From positions 14,386,001-14,450,000 of the forward strand of contig CM052816.1 of assembly GCA_028534125.1 (NCBI GenBank): a stretch of DNA of 64,000 bases. Reading direction: 5' to 3'. This stretch comes from Lama glama (lineage: Eukaryota). Shown piece after piece: positions 13,301 to 26,329 of the stretch (positions within the stretch are counted from its first letter, which is position 1; every line of letters begins with the position of its first letter). The notes beneath the pieces are model-generated. The model worked only from the letters and a program-made list of their open reading frames with translations, was not told the DNA's origin and searched no databases. Both the position numbers and the translations under genes were made by a program.

Positions 13301-16300
13301 TCATAAGAAATTAATCCAAAGAAAAGTTTATATGCACAGAGATGCGTGTAACAATGGCAAACAAATTAAATGACCAAGGGAATAATTATGTGCGAAAGAG
13401 CCACTTAATGACATTAATATTTAGTTATTAGGATGGTTATAACTCAATTAAAATACTCATTACAGAATCCAGAAAAAATGTGCACATTTAAGTTGTAAGT
13501 AGGTAAAAATTACACATGCACAAATGACAGAGAATGGAAAGGAATCAAAAGCTGGACTTGTTACAGGTGACAGAATAATAGCTTATATTTTTCTTTTGAT
13601 CTTCACTTATTAATGTTGATATGTTTGTGCAACTAGTAGTATACAGTGAAAGATTAACTTCTCTAAATGATACAAAGGGTGAAACAGAGCTGATTTTCCA
13701 CGAAATCGGCATCATCCACCATTTGATTACATGACCTACCAAATTAAACAACAGCACTTTCGGTTTAAGGGCAAAGACCAATTGTTCAATACTCCATATT
13801 AAAAAAAGCCAGTGAATAAAATTGACCACCCGTACATACTGAAAAACTCCTCCTGTCAACTTTTCCCCTTGATACTCCTCAATCTCGTTTCTACTGCTTT
13901 ATCACTTAACTCAAATGGAATGGGCAGCCATTCTCAAAGGCTTTATTTACAGACAAAGGCTTTTGCTCACAATTCTATTACCTTAATTTTTCAACACAAC
14001 TAATTAAAGACCTCCCTCAACAATGTTCTAGTTATTTTATTAATTTACTTTCCTCACATTATTTAGAGCTTTGTCTCCCTTTTGATGCAGTGGACATCTT
14101 CTAAGGCAGAACTCTATCTGCACTTTTCCTTCACCTGTGAATCCTTTCTCTGTTTTGCTCATTCCCATGGCTTCATCACTTCTACTTAGATGTAGCAGAC
14201 ATGTATTCTTTTTATCCTGTCACTTTTATCCCCTCTGCTAATTTAAAGCATTTTTTGTGTTCCTAGACATCTTAAGGACAAAGGTTACTGCTTTAATGCT
14301 CTCAAAATAATTAAACTATGTATATCACATATTTCATATGGTCATATCCAATACAGAGATATAGACAGAGATTGCTAATTTTGCTGAAGCTCCCAAGCCT
14401 ATCTTCTATTTCTTCCGCAAATACTGTGAAACATCTGAAATGTACTTCAGCCTCTCAATGATAAGGATACAGAGGTCTAAAGTAAAAGCTTATACTCTGG
14501 TGAGTTCCCCATCCTAGCTGCCTATGGACTATAAGACCTGCTCTAGGCAACTGGAAGTACTGTATTTACTCATTCTCCTCTCAGGGTACTTTCTTGGAGA
14601 TAATGACACTCTGCTAACCATTAGTAACTATAGTAATACTGGTATTAACACTTACCATTTTGCATTTTACATGCATTTTGCATCCATTCTCAAACTATCT
14701 ATGGTGAAGGACCAATTTTTTTTCCCCCACCCTGTCAAGGACCAATACTTTTTGGAAATATAATCAAATGAATTATTAGAAAAATGAAAGTAATGTGACA
14801 ATGAATATACATATATGTTCATGTATAATTGAAAAATTGTGCTCTACACTGGAATTTGACACAACATTGTAAAATGATTATAAATCAATAAAAAATGTTA
14901 AAAAAAAAGAAAAAAGAAAAATGAAAGTAAGCTGAAATTTTTATTAGATCTGATATAAAATTACTCTCTGAAATCATTATTAAAGTTTCAAACACTGACT
15001 CTCAGTTCCTGTATTTATCTTGTCACAGACCACTATAACAAGTATAACAACTTTAAAATAGCACTCCAACAGGTCATCTGAACCTTATAACAACCTTAAA
15101 AAGTAGCTATTGTTATCATCCTTGTTAGTGTGAGAAAGACTAAGTCACCAAAGTTTAGTTATATTGATGAAGAGGGCCTGATTTCTCAATCCTTATCAAG
15201 GTCAGAAATGGCTAACAGGTTTCACCTCCTGTGCCTACCTTAAGAGAGGGTGGCTTTCACTCTTTTTTTTTTAATTAAAAAAAATTTTTTATTGAAGTGT
15301 AGTTGATTTACAATGTTAGTTTCAGGTGTACAGCAAAGTGATTCAGTTATACATATATATATTTTTTCTTTCCAGATTCTTTTCCATTATATGTGATTAC
15401 AAGAAATTGAATATAGTTCCATGTGCTATACAAGGACCTACATATATACAATGTGTGTCTATTAATCCCCACAGAGGATGGCTTTCTTAAATGCTCTGTT
15501 GAGGAAGATTCTGAGGCCTCCCTGGGCTCAAGGAGAAAGCACCTGATGATTGATCAGACATGTATACCATGGAAACGAGTGGCAGCTTAGACGCTATGAT
15601 TTGCCAACCAGGGTCTACCTTATTCCCTATTCACAGATGGAAATTACCTTGTCATCCCTTCCCTGGAATGCACCCCCTTGATATGTGCATGGCTTGTTTC
15701 CTGCCTTCCTTCAAGTCTTTACTCAAACCACTTTGCCAGCGAGTTCTCCCTCTGGTTTTTCTAAATAAAATCCCAAGCCCCTACCCTTTCAGAACATTTT
15801 ATATCCTGTCCTTTTATTTTTTTTCTCTACAGCATTTACCATCATCTAATATTCTTACTTATTTTGTTTGCCTATCTCTCCGATTAGAATGTAAGTCCCA
15901 TGAGGCCGTTTAGTCCCTGCTATGTCTCCAGAACCTAGGACAGTAACTGACAAAAATATCTGTTGAACAAACACTTCCAAGTTGAAGGACTGAAATTATA
16001 GGCTTTTTTAGGGGGTTGGGGGGCACTGGGAGACTGAGGTCACACGGTTACAACTTACCTGCAGTCACCTTACATGGAGACACCCCATGGTAGGTCAATC
16101 TGCACAAAGTACAGAAGGCAAAATTGCAGCTGGAGCAGATGCCCATTGTGCAGCCAGGCTCCTGCATCACAGGCAACTGGCAGCATGGGCGCGGGCAGTA
16201 AACCACATCTGCCATCAGGTCCAAGGTGGACTGGAGGAGAAGGCGGTCGTAACGGGCAAATAATTCTGCTTCCACTAGCTCTTTGACCTGAAGTTAAAAA

Positions 16301-19300
16301 TATAAGATACCACAGGTTTGATGATTTCCCAACCAGTCCTAACCCTGAGGAGATCCTTAGGATGCTGGTGTAAACCAGATGCACATAAATTAAAACACTC
16401 AACCTTACTTCAAAATCAAACCCAGGAGGGGAAGTCTTTATCTTCCCTGAAATGACATGATCACATGAGCCTACCATTTATCAAAACAAAACAAACTATA
16501 AACTTTAAATGAGTACACTTATGCCTTAATAAAGTTGATTTAAAAAAGAAAAAAAAAGAAACCAAGCAGGCTGTCTTTACATTAAAGTTTGTAAACATTT
16601 GGTTAACCATTCCAAGTGATAAACCCTTCAGATTCAACCTCACACAAAGATAAGGTAGTAATTCCCCCATCTAGCAGATATACAGAGTAAATCACCAGAA
16701 CTACTTAATTTTTTTAACACTCATCCTGGCCAAGGACTGCCCATTTCAAAGCCAGCAAAGGAAGCATTTATATCTGCTTAACAGGGAAAGTTAAGACCAT
16801 GGCATTCTTGATGGATACAATGAAACACTTTGTGGGCTGGCTCCAAGGCTTAAGACAGCCCTGATGAGCCTTATCAAGGAAGTTCCTGAGGTGTCTCCTT
16901 TTGTGAAAGAGAATTAGGGGGCAGCACAATAAAAAGTTACCTGACCAGGAGTGGCCACTGAAGGGCACTTGGGTTCTGGGCAGTTGAGGCATTGAACTTG
17001 GCCATCTCTGATCTGGATTTCAAAGTAGTCCTTGAGACAGGCTTTGCAGTACACGTGCCTGCACTCCAAGAAGTACATGCATTCACTACCTAGCTTCTCA
17101 CAGAAACAGATATTGCACAGGAACAATTTACTATTAAAGCATTTTATCTGCTGAGCTTGATCAAAGTCCAAGATCTCCTGGATCAGACTCGACAACGACT
17201 CCACATCCTGCACAGCTCTCTCGTCCACAACTTCCTCTTGGTCTGCATCAGATCCGGCAGCTCCTCCAAAATCTAGTTCTGTGTTGGGAGAGGCCTGAGC
17301 CATCCTTCTCTGTACTTTTTTCTGAGAACCCATCTTGAGTTCCAAAGGAGAGACAATATTCAAGTACGCTAAGGTCTCTTCCTTAAGAAACTGCATCCAG
17401 GCAAATAGTACCACACTGCCACGGTGTTCTTCCCACAGGTTGTCTAAGTGCTTGCAGAGAGCAGACAGCTAGGAAAAAACACATAAGGATGCTGATGAGT
17501 TTGGAAAGATGATGATGCTGTCAACTCCTGATTTCCCTTGAAATCTTTTTAACTTTTAAATTAGGCTTTTACACTTCCTAACATGATTTTTTTACTGCTG
17601 TGTTAAACTGTGCTGCAAAACAGCACCAGTCTAATCTAAGCACTTCTTAAAATACTCAGCAACACGAGCCACAGTAAAGCACAAAGTCAGAAGACATAAG
17701 TACCATGAAAACAAGAGAAATGGCAAGACCCTGCCAGATGCAGAATTAGCTTTACATATGAGCCACTGAAATGAAGGACTTTTCTATTCTTTATTTTTCT
17801 CCGTTTCAGCATTGCTATCTATCTCACGTAGGAGAAGAGATCTAGTTCTGAAATGAACCACTTCTATTCCTTTGGAGTCCTAGCCCTGTAGGTACTCTGC
17901 AATAATGACAAGAAAAATAATAGTTTAAAAATACCCTCCAAGTTTTAAAGTTAATTCTTTCAGTACTAGCAAGAAGCCAACTTGTGTGAAAGAATCACAA
18001 ACAGAATCTAACCTCAGGGTCCTTGTTATTCAGATTTACAAGCTGATTTTAACTAAGCAATCTGGGCTTACACCAGATCCTGACTAACAGAAGAAGGCAG
18101 ACCGATCCTGAACCTGGACAAGATTACAAGCCCTCAACAATGGTTTGGCTGCCATCGGGAAAGCTTACATTTCCTAAGCTAAGGAACCAAAGTATTTCAA
18201 CTTTTCCTCCTTAAAACTGGTCTGCTCAATTTGAAAGGCAAATATAAGAAGATTTGCCATTAGAAATGTGGAATACTTGTAAGTAGAGCTCAGGAATCAT
18301 AAGCAGCTTTTCTTTTTAGGTAAACACCAAAAAATGAGCCTTCCAGATGCAAATAAATTTTGTAAATTTAAGTATCAAGTGAAAAAGGACCACATTCTCT
18401 CTTCCTTACGCCGCAAACTGCTGCTCACTAAATCCTCTACATACACAAACTTAAAACACTTATTGACCAGTTCAAGATTAGACAACTGATGTTTTTCTAC
18501 ATTTGCATGAATATGCTTATATGATCCACCAGAAACATGCTGAAATCTGTAAAATGTAATAGATACTAAAAGGGAAGGCAGCTCCGAGTGTTTCTTGAGC
18601 CACCAAGTCCAATGAAGAAGCCATTCTCCTCCATCCTTTTCTTCTCCAGCCCCTTCTCAAAAGAGGCATCTGGGATGTACATAAATGTACATCAAAAAGA
18701 CTGTAAAAATATTATAAGAGAAATAGTGTAAAATACTAGAAAACTAAACCCACTTCTATCCACCAACTCAGCTCAGTCAATGCGGCAACTTCACTATCAA
18801 CAGGTAAAATTCACAATGCCAAGGACTCAAGGCCCAGCAACAAACAAGAACTGAACCAAGGAACATAAGAGACTAACTAAAAATGTCAACTAGATGGGCA
18901 AAAATGTATCTGCAGACAGTCCTACGGTAATTTTAGCTGCGTCCTAACATAAAATAATGAACAACCCTCTTCTCTCCACATCCCAAAAGCCAGCATCAGG
19001 TGTATGCTATTTGGGTAGAATCTGTAATTATAACCACACACCCAGTTAATCTGTCCTTGTTTTGTGCAAGCACGTGTGTGTACCGGTACACGTGTGGACA
19101 TAAAGTATCAAGAGCTCTCTGGAGAAATGAGACTATAAATATCTAAATAATTCAGTCAACTCTCGGTGATCTAAACATCAGACATCCTTGATATTCTTGG
19201 GCACATAATCCACTGTCTTGCATGTATTGTCTCTGGCACAGATACTAAAACATAAGGTAAAATTCCCTCTTATTCTACATGTATTATCCTTTTTTAAAGT

Positions 19301-21588
19301 TTAATTTTGTTTTAAAACTGTAAGTTCAATTTTACAAAAGTACTCTCATCTAAAGATTAGCAGGGTGGAGAATGAAAATCACAAGATCAAAAAGGAAAAA
19401 CTGACAAGCTGTTCCATGAGGTCAAGTAGCTCTGACAGCTTTTGTCTTAATACATCAGCCTATCAATCTCCATCCTGACTTCTAAAAAGCTGCTGCTATT
19501 GATCCATTATCTATCCTGGAATGCTTCATATTAGCTTCAAGTCATTTTCATGTCTCAATCAAGAGCTGAGGTTGTTACTAGAAAGGATCTCTAACCCAGA
19601 GGAAATGAAGGCTCATAATATAAGGTCTCAATCCTTCATGAGACAGCTACAGCAACCATATGCATTTCTACTTGTGTGTGTTTACATCAGTGAGACCAGT
19701 CAACAACTCTTTGTTATTAGTATACAGGCCTTTAAAAATAAAAGCATTTTTATGTTTTCTGAGGAAATTTGTTTATTATAACTACATTAGCTCAATTTTA
19801 GTCCTCCTAATTATAATTAAATCTTTATTTTAAGGAATGGATAAGAAACTAAAAAAAAAGAGAATAAATAAAAAGCAATAGCAACATCTAAGGAAAAAGA
19901 GAAAATGAGGAGGACGAGGACCTTAGTCTCCATTACAATCCAGACTAAATGGGAAAATAGCAAGACCAGAAAAGAAACAATACGCTTGATTAAAAATTAC
20001 TCCTACGTAATTCATAATGATTAATCATTCTAATTATTGTCATTTCTTTCTGAAACACCAAACATTTTCAATTCATTAACATTAGGATTCTGTAGGCAAG
20101 GGGAAAAAAATTACAAAATCAAAGCCGTTTGTTTTTCATGCACTGAATTCAAGATCATTGAGGTAGTCTTCAATTAAAGATGATTTTTTAAGTTTCTAAA
20201 AATGGATAGGAGAAATTAAGTTTCGGGTCTAACCTGAGTTGGTGACAGCCATTTGCCACTAAGTGTGAATGAAGGTGGGGAGGAGGATGGATAATCTGGT
20301 GGCAGTTCAAAGTTCAGCACAAGTGGAGGCAGAAAGCAAATGGTGTATTCAAAGCCACTATTCTGGAGACACTCATTGGAATTGCCTGAACCAAAAACAA
20401 AGGTTAGAAAGGATCAGCTGGTCAGCACTTGAGTGTCCATTACTTTGAGCAGTGCTCAAGAAAAACTTAACGCTTTAGTTGAGGGGATAAAATCCCTCCT
20501 CCAAAGCACTTTCTGTTCCCTAATTTTACTTCATAGCCGCCACCTTAAAAAAAAATATCCGTAAGCCCTTAAAAAATCTACTACGCAGTATGAAATTTAA
20601 AACAAAGATACACAACTTATTCTTGGATACACTTTTGAGTATAATTCCTAACACTAATGAGCAAGTAATACACAATGTTTTCTTTTGTTGTTGTTTTACA
20701 GTAGATAATTAAAGACACAATCTAGAGAAAAGGACATTTATTTCTATCAAAGAGCCATGACCTACTTAGACCGGCATGTGCCAACTACCCATGAATCATA
20801 GAGAATTTGTGCCAATCCAGTGATCTCAGGCTTAAGGGCAAGAAACAACACATAACACTCTCACAATCAACGTTTCATTTTAAATTATCACACTTACTTC
20901 CTTTACTCAAAGCTTTTATAGTAGAAACATTCTGAGAAAGAATGCATCAATCTGAATGTTTGTATCAAAGGTAACAGTTTTTAATTTTTTTTCTGAAGCA
21001 AAAGGTCATAGAATAGCAGCATGTGTCATATGTTTATGGTGGCTGAAATGATTCTGGAAACTGAATAGTATTAACAACCACTATGGTACTTTAACTCTTC
21101 CCAAGGGTTTTCACATGTATTATCTCATTTTCTCTTTTATTATCCCTATTTAACAGCCAATGACTCATGGCTGATGAACTGCTTGTTAGACGATTAGGAT
21201 GCATGAAATATGCAGGATAATATCCCAATTCAGAGGTCAAAAAGGCGGAATCAAATTGAAAACTGTTTACCCCCAGTCCAATTTTCAACTACAACAGAAA
21301 TATGCATTAAATCTGTAATACTACCATCTATCACTACTGCCCGTAAACACAAGATGATTAATAATTTAGGGTACGCTAAGAAATTGAGAATAACCTTTAT
21401 TTAGAAAAACACGTTTAAGAGAATATTAACTAACCGCTCACAAATATCTTGAAATTTTGTGGTAAGTCCAAATAGATCCTGGTTTCTCCACCTTGGACAG
21501 ACTCTGCTTTTCTAAATTCGTCTCCATCATAAATACTTGCCAGGGCCAGCAATTCATCCTCCTGAGCTTCTCGGTCCTCTGACGACAT
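10272..21588 (-). CDS. RNF14: E3 ubiquitin-protein ligase RNF14 (ARA54/TRIAD2): RWD domain plus RING1-IBR-RING2, 474 aa. join(complement): 21435-21588, 20234-20385, 16941-17468, 16059-16287, 13017-13189, 11919-12049, 10272-10329
   Basis: Exons of 154+152+528+229+173+131+58 = 1425 nt, all GT-AG and in frame. Starts MSSEDREAQEDELLALASIYDGDEF (RWD), contains RING1 CNICFC...CRHVYCKAC, IBR CPRPCC...CSSCNFAFCTLCRLTYHGVSPC, and RING2 CPCC...DGCNKMTC (catalytic Cys at residue 417). Ends WEDEVED*. Confidence 0.97.
10960..11720 (+). mobile_element. Degraded L1ME/MC-type 3' fragment in the last RNF14 intron
   Basis: attagatcctgg...aaaagatattttt...atcactgtcaaatttttt...atcctttcaactcttctctatgtttggaaattttcactataaaaagt. 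Confidence 0.6.
11919..12049 (-). CDS. RNF14: RNF14 coding exon 6 (RING2)
   Basis: Acceptor accag|AAA; KLDGCNKMTCTGCMQYFCWICMGSLSRANPYKHFTDPASPCFNR; donor CCG|GTACGT. Confidence 0.96.
13017..13189 (-). CDS. RNF14: RNF14 coding exon 5
   Basis: Acceptor tctag|AG; KLIDLRNEYLQADEANKRFLEQRYGKRVIQKALEEMESKEWLEKNSKSCPCCGTPIE; donor GAG|GTAAAG. Confidence 0.96.
14794..14914 (+). mobile_element. Young, heavily 5'-truncated L1 tail
   Basis: ...gacacaacattgtaaaatgattataaatcaataaaaaatgtt plus poly(A); perfect 16-bp TSD agaaaaatgaaagtaa at 14778-14793 and 14915-14930. Confidence 0.85.
15203..15611. mobile_element. hAT-Charlie MER102-like element split by an antisense L1 tail (about 15259-15472)
   Basis: aacaggtttcacctc...tgttgaggaagattctgaggcc...tttgccaaccagg; the inner L1 is flanked by agagggtggctttc / agaggatggctttc. 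Confidence 0.65.
16059..16287 (-). CDS. RNF14: RNF14 coding exon 4 (IBR)
   Basis: Acceptor ttcag|GTC; VKELVEAELFARYDRLLLQ...HGVSPCKVTA; donor CAG|GTAAGT. Confidence 0.96.
16941..17468 (-). CDS. RNF14: RNF14 coding exon 3 (end of RWD, linker, RING1)
   Basis: Acceptor cctag|CTG; LSALCKHLDNLWEEHRG...CPEPKCPSVATPGQ; donor CAG|GTAACT; matches ORF 16914..17414. Confidence 0.96.
20234..20385 (-). CDS. RNF14: RNF14 coding exon 2 (RWD domain)
   Basis: Acceptor ttcag|GC; encodes ...EYTICFLPPLVLNFELPPDYPSSSPPSFTLSGKWLSPTQ; donor CAG|GTTAGA. Confidence 0.95.
21435..21588 (-). CDS. RNF14: RNF14 coding exon 1 (ATG at 21588; exon acceptor just before 21596)
   Basis: MSSEDREAQEDELLALASIYDGDEFRKAESVQGGETRIYLDLPQNFKIFVS; donor G|GTTAGT. 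Confidence 0.95.
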
Positions 21589-22060
21589 TTAATTTTCTGG
21601 GAGTTGAAGATAATCATTAAAAACAGTTAAGAACAGAAAAGGCAGAGTTTGGAAAAGACTAGTGGCACTCTCCTCCCCCCAATTCCCCCCCAAAAAGAAA
21701 GCTCCTCACTGACAACTGTAAAGAACTAGTCAGTATTCTCACTTTTCCGTCAAACTAAAAATGAAAGAAACTAAAAACTAAGAAACTAAAAAAAGATATC
21801 TAGTATTCCAGTAGCTCTGCAAGAGTAACAGCTTTTTTCAAAAAGGATGGCTGTGGTGCTTCTAATTGCCAACTTCATTAGTCACGGATTATTTAGGAAT
21901 AAATGCATAATCAAAAACATTTTTTAAAAGGACAAATCACAAATTACTTTGACTTGCCTACTAAACCTAGCAATTGCCTTGCTACCAAAAGTAGTCAAAG
22001 TATATCTGATATACTACTTAAAAATAAATGAATTTTTTAAATTCACGGGAATCTCCAGGG

Positions 22061-22291
22061 CAGGTTTTTTCAACTTCAGCTACTGACATTTTGAAACAAA
22101 CAATTCTTTGTTGTGGAAGGCAGTCCTGTGCATTATAGGATGTGTAACAGCATCCCTGGGTTCAACCTACTACATGCCAACAGTGTCCCTTTCCCTCAAG
22201 AGTTGTGACAATCAAAAATATCTCCAGATATTTAGCCAACTATCCTCTGCTGTGGAGGGGGAAGAAAACTGCTCCCAGTTGGGAACACCCT
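22061..22291. mobile_element. MER20-like hAT DNA transposon
   Basis: ctgacattttg...ttctttgttgtgg...gtcctgtgcattataggatg...agcatccctgg...gttgtgacaatcaaaaatatctccaga...cccagttgggaac. Confidence 0.8.
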
Positions 22292-22852
22292 ACCCTAGAG
22301 AATGTTACAGGGACAGGTATGATATCAGACAGATAACTGGGGAAGCAGCAAAATAACATTAAATTTTTGAAATAATGACAAATTCTGTCAAATCAATTTA
22401 AAGATTTACCATTACTCAGGTAACACCAACAACAAAAATATGCTGCAATTAAAGTATGAATCAATGCTCTTTAACTGCAGCAACTGAAAGATGCACCACA
22501 ATATCAGATAATCTAAATGTGAAAAAAATATGTAATGCAGATCTATGAAATAATACTTTAATAAAACAAAAACCAAATATTACCATTTTGTCAATTAAAA
22601 TGTTGGACTATAACTGCATTTGCAGATATGTTCCCTCTCCAGAGAAATCTTTTTTTAAATTGAAATGCACAAAACTGAAACATAAGGACATGGTTCGTCA
22701 CATTATAAAAGGTGACATGTCAAAACTGACAAATTCATTTAAAATGATTTCATTTTCAAAAAGTAATTTTTTTCCCAGCAAATAATGGTTCTGCTTAAGC
22801 TGTGCTGTTATCTAAGACACAGTGATATATTCTATTTTAGGTCAGTTAGTAC

Positions 22853-23028
22853 CTGTTAATAATAACCAGAAGAAAAGGATATTAGCACCGCAATCCGTAT
22901 GTCAGCTCAGAGTTTGGAATTCATGCAAATCTCATTTATTCTCCATCTGATGGAGGTGAGACTGCTGAAGCTGGATAAGAGGCCAAGATGTGGAACTCAT
23001 ACTAGATATACTATAGAAATCCTGCCAT
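22853..23028 (-). other. RNF14: RNF14 non-coding 5' UTR exon (176 nt)
   Basis: Strong acceptor ttttgtattttttctgcag|ATGG and donor AACAG|GTACTA, lying between the CpG island and the first coding exon. The size fits my recollection of a roughly 175-nt 5' UTR exon in human. Confidence 0.7.
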
Positions 23029-23451
23029 CTGCAGAAAAAAATACAAAAGATGGTGTTAAGACACGCTCCAGATTGAAATTCTGAATTTTCATTACCACCA
23101 CTTAAATCAAACACATCCTAACACAGTCAATCCTAATCTACAGCTGCATGTTACTCTCCTAGCACAGCCTGAGCCATGTGGTTGAAGGGACATCTGCATG
23201 TTCCCAGCAATGAGAGTGCCTTCAGCCCTGGGAGGAGCTAAGGAGAAACACCAAGGACATATGAAAGGACAGCACACCGTGCCCCTAACAAACAACTTCC
23301 TGGTGCTGTTTTTGTTTTTGTTTTTCCTTTCCTCTTCTGCTTCCTCTACTCCTTCATTTCCTATCTTCCTCCAGTTTTTCCTCTCGCCTGCTAATGAATT
23401 AATCCTGCCAGGGACACTCAACATTAGGCTAATTTAAGCATGATAGCAAGA

Positions 23452-23670
23452 TTTTTTTTTTTGTAGTTGATATATAGTATTATATAAATTACAGGTGTAC
23501 AATATAGTGATTCACAGTTTTTAAAGGTTATATTCTACTTATAGCTATTATAAAATAATGGCTATATTCTCCATGTTGTACAATATATCCCTGTAGCTGA
23601 TTTTATACAAAATAGTTTGTATTTCTTAATCCCCATTGCCCCTCCCCCCTTTCCTCTCCCCAATAGCAGG
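23452..23670 (-). mobile_element. L1 3' tail fragment
   Basis: T-run, then tacaggtgtacaatatagtgattcacagtttttaaaggttata...ttgtacaatatatccctgtagc. Confidence 0.75.
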
Positions 23671-23698
23671 ATATTTAAAAACAAAACAACAAAAGCAG

Positions 23699-23699
<1 letters not shown>

Positions 23700-23732
<33 letters not shown>
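23700..23732. repeat. (CA)n microsatellite
   Basis: About 16 perfect CA units. Confidence 0.95.
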
Positions 23733-23735
<3 letters not shown>

Positions 23736-25039
23736 TTTTTAAGTCATGGTCTACATGCTTTAGAATCAGGCTTCCTAACTGGGAATGAAGAAGGGGAGGG
23801 CAGTTCATAGATAGGTTTTGGAGAATCCTACCAACACCCTTAAATTATACTCAAAAATATGATATAAAACCATAACTTTTAAACCAGATTCTCAGATGTG
23901 TGACTCCCAAGTAAGCTAAGAATGAAATACTTTTATTGAGCCCCTACTACTATGTACTGTATTGTCTTTTCACATTACCTTACTTAAACAATTTTACCAG
24001 GTGTAGTATATGGTGATAATTTAATTAAGCTTTGTGTTTCTTCCTGTTTAAACACTATAAACGGGGTGAGATGAGTTTATAGTTTCTAGTTTTAGGTTAG
24101 TGTTTCCCATCTAGTACACACGTTAGAATCACCCAAGGAGCTGCTTTTTAAAATCTCAATACCCAAGCCGTACCCCAGAGCAATTAAATTAGGCATCAGC
24201 AGTTACACAAGCTCTCCACCTGATTCTAATGCATAGCCAGGATTGAGAAGCTCTACCCCAAGCAGTGTGTGCCATCACCAACTCCTCATAATCTACCCCA
24301 CCAGACTCCAGCTTCTGAAGCCGCCGCCAGGTCCCAGTCCCTTAATTCAGGTTGCTGACCTAAATTTCCTTCTGATTCTATCCATTTAGCCTTTAAGATC
24401 CGCCTCCAAAGCCCCTATTCCAACTAGACGTCATGACTTTCTTTAAAAATCCAGCAAACTTTTTTTCTGTTAACTTTCCTATGACACTGTCACCTCCCAC
24501 CTTGCATTACAGTTCTTCCTCTGAACTTGCATTTCCTCTCCTACCAGACTGCATTAGTGACTTAAGGTGAGGATCAAGTCTTTTGCATCTGTGTATTTTG
24601 TTCTCAGCATCTAGCAGTACCTTGCCTTAGACACTGGAAAAAACTAGAACTGAATTGGGGTGAGATGCAGCGTGCTGAAATGGGGGACTAGAATCATAAG
24701 GCTCAGTGCCTACGCTGCCACATCCCACCAGAAGCAGGAGGTTGGGTAGGTCGTCACAATCACAGCAAGGAAAGTAACTTAGTGAGCTCTTACCGTGTGT
24801 CAGGCATTGCACTAAGCCCTTCAGATGCATTAACTCCTGTTCGTTTTCCACAACCCCATGAAGCAAGTCCTATTACTATTTCCACGACACACAGAAAAAT
24901 GGCATCTTGAGTCCTTGCTTACCTAAGGTCACACAGCTAATATAGAACTAAATCTTGATGCAGACCACCCAGTTTCTTCACCTGTAACACAGGAACGAGA
25001 ATAAACCCGGGGCCAGAAGACGAGAGAGAATTCAAGTTT

Positions 25040-25900
25040 AACACTAGTTTGGTGCAAACCGGAAACCGCTACACCAGCGGGGGAAGCCCCTCCTCTCCCG
25101 GGTTCCCCTCGGGCCTGGGAAAACCCTACTCATTCTCCCAGGCCACACCGTGCGGGCTCCGGCCCTGGGGTCAGCCCTGGCCCCGGGGTCAGCACGCCGC
25201 TGCCGGTGTCTTCACCGCTCACCGCCGGGCCTGCTGAGTCGTTGCTTGCACGACTCACCTACAACTGCGGGCAGGCCCAAGCCCTGCTACCTACCCCGGC
25301 GGCTGGACACAGAGGGCGCTGTGCGGCTGTGCGAGGTGTGGGCCGACCCCGGGCGTCCCGAACGAGCAGGGCCCGGACCTTCCCTTTCCTCCTCTGAGTG
25401 CCCGGAGGTCTTAGCCGGGCCGGGCTGGAGGCGCCCCGTCCCGGGTCTGGGGAGCTGAGGCCAGCTGAGCTGTCCCGGCCCGGCCGCCCTTCTGCGCCTC
25501 GCGCGCCCGGAGCGCTGTCCCCACCGTACCTTCCGGCCGCCCCGCCGTGCCGGGCCCGAAAGTTCCGCCCTCCACCCTAGCTCTGGGTCCCCTCACCTCC
25601 ACTCGCCGGCCCTGCCTGGAAACGCCCGGCTCAACCTGCGCACCGCCTCTTCCGTCTTCGGAGCTGTCAGCTGAGCCCGGCGGATCTGGCTGGTGCAGCC
25701 CCCGGCGTGAGAAAAGCTCTGCGCAGCCGCCGTGACCGCCCCGGCCCCTTGGCCGCCCCCCGCAGGTCAAAGGCGGCGCTGCAGGTGCGACCACCGTCAC
25801 CCCTACCGCGGCCCTGCACACTTAAGTTTCTGGAGAAGGTGATACAAATGCAGTTTCTGAAGGCCCCGTGCCTAGGGGGCGCCTTTCTGTAGCTCTGGGA
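25040..25900. promoter_or_regulatory. RNF14: CpG island: RNF14 promoter and alternative first exon(s)
   Basis: Very GC- and CpG-rich. Minus-strand donors at 25259 (TAG|GTGAGT), 25530 (AAG|GTACGG) and 25597 (GAG|GTGAGG); GC-box and CCGGAAG (ETS) motifs. Confidence 0.85.
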
Positions 25901-26329
25901 TAGGGCCCGGGAATTAGAATTTTTTACTAATCCCTAGAGGTGATTATGAGACAGCGGTCTACCTGGGGCAGACACTCCTGTAACAGTCCCAGACCTGCTT
26001 CCCCCGTAGGCTAAGCCTCTTCTCCCTCCCGGGATCCCAACAGCCGTCTCAGAAAAGCTGTCCATCTTTCTGACACCTCCACTATGAAGGCATTCACTCA
26101 TTGCATTATAACAGTAATGACTACCAGGTTTATTGGGCAATTAGGATGCTTCAAGCCCTTTGCTAAGTGCTTTATGTAAAATTTCTCTTTATCTTCACTA
26201 TAACCTTATTATTTAGGTTCTGTTTGTTATTCCCACTTCATAAATGAGAAAATTGAAACTTAGGTTCAAGAACTTACCAAAGAGTACACGATTATTAAGA
26301 GGCTGAATAGGAATTAAAATTACATGCCC

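Noticed and set aside
25049..25892. Several overlapping Pro/Gly/Arg-rich ORFs
   Set aside because: Expected artefact of a stop-poor CpG island; no recognisable domain.
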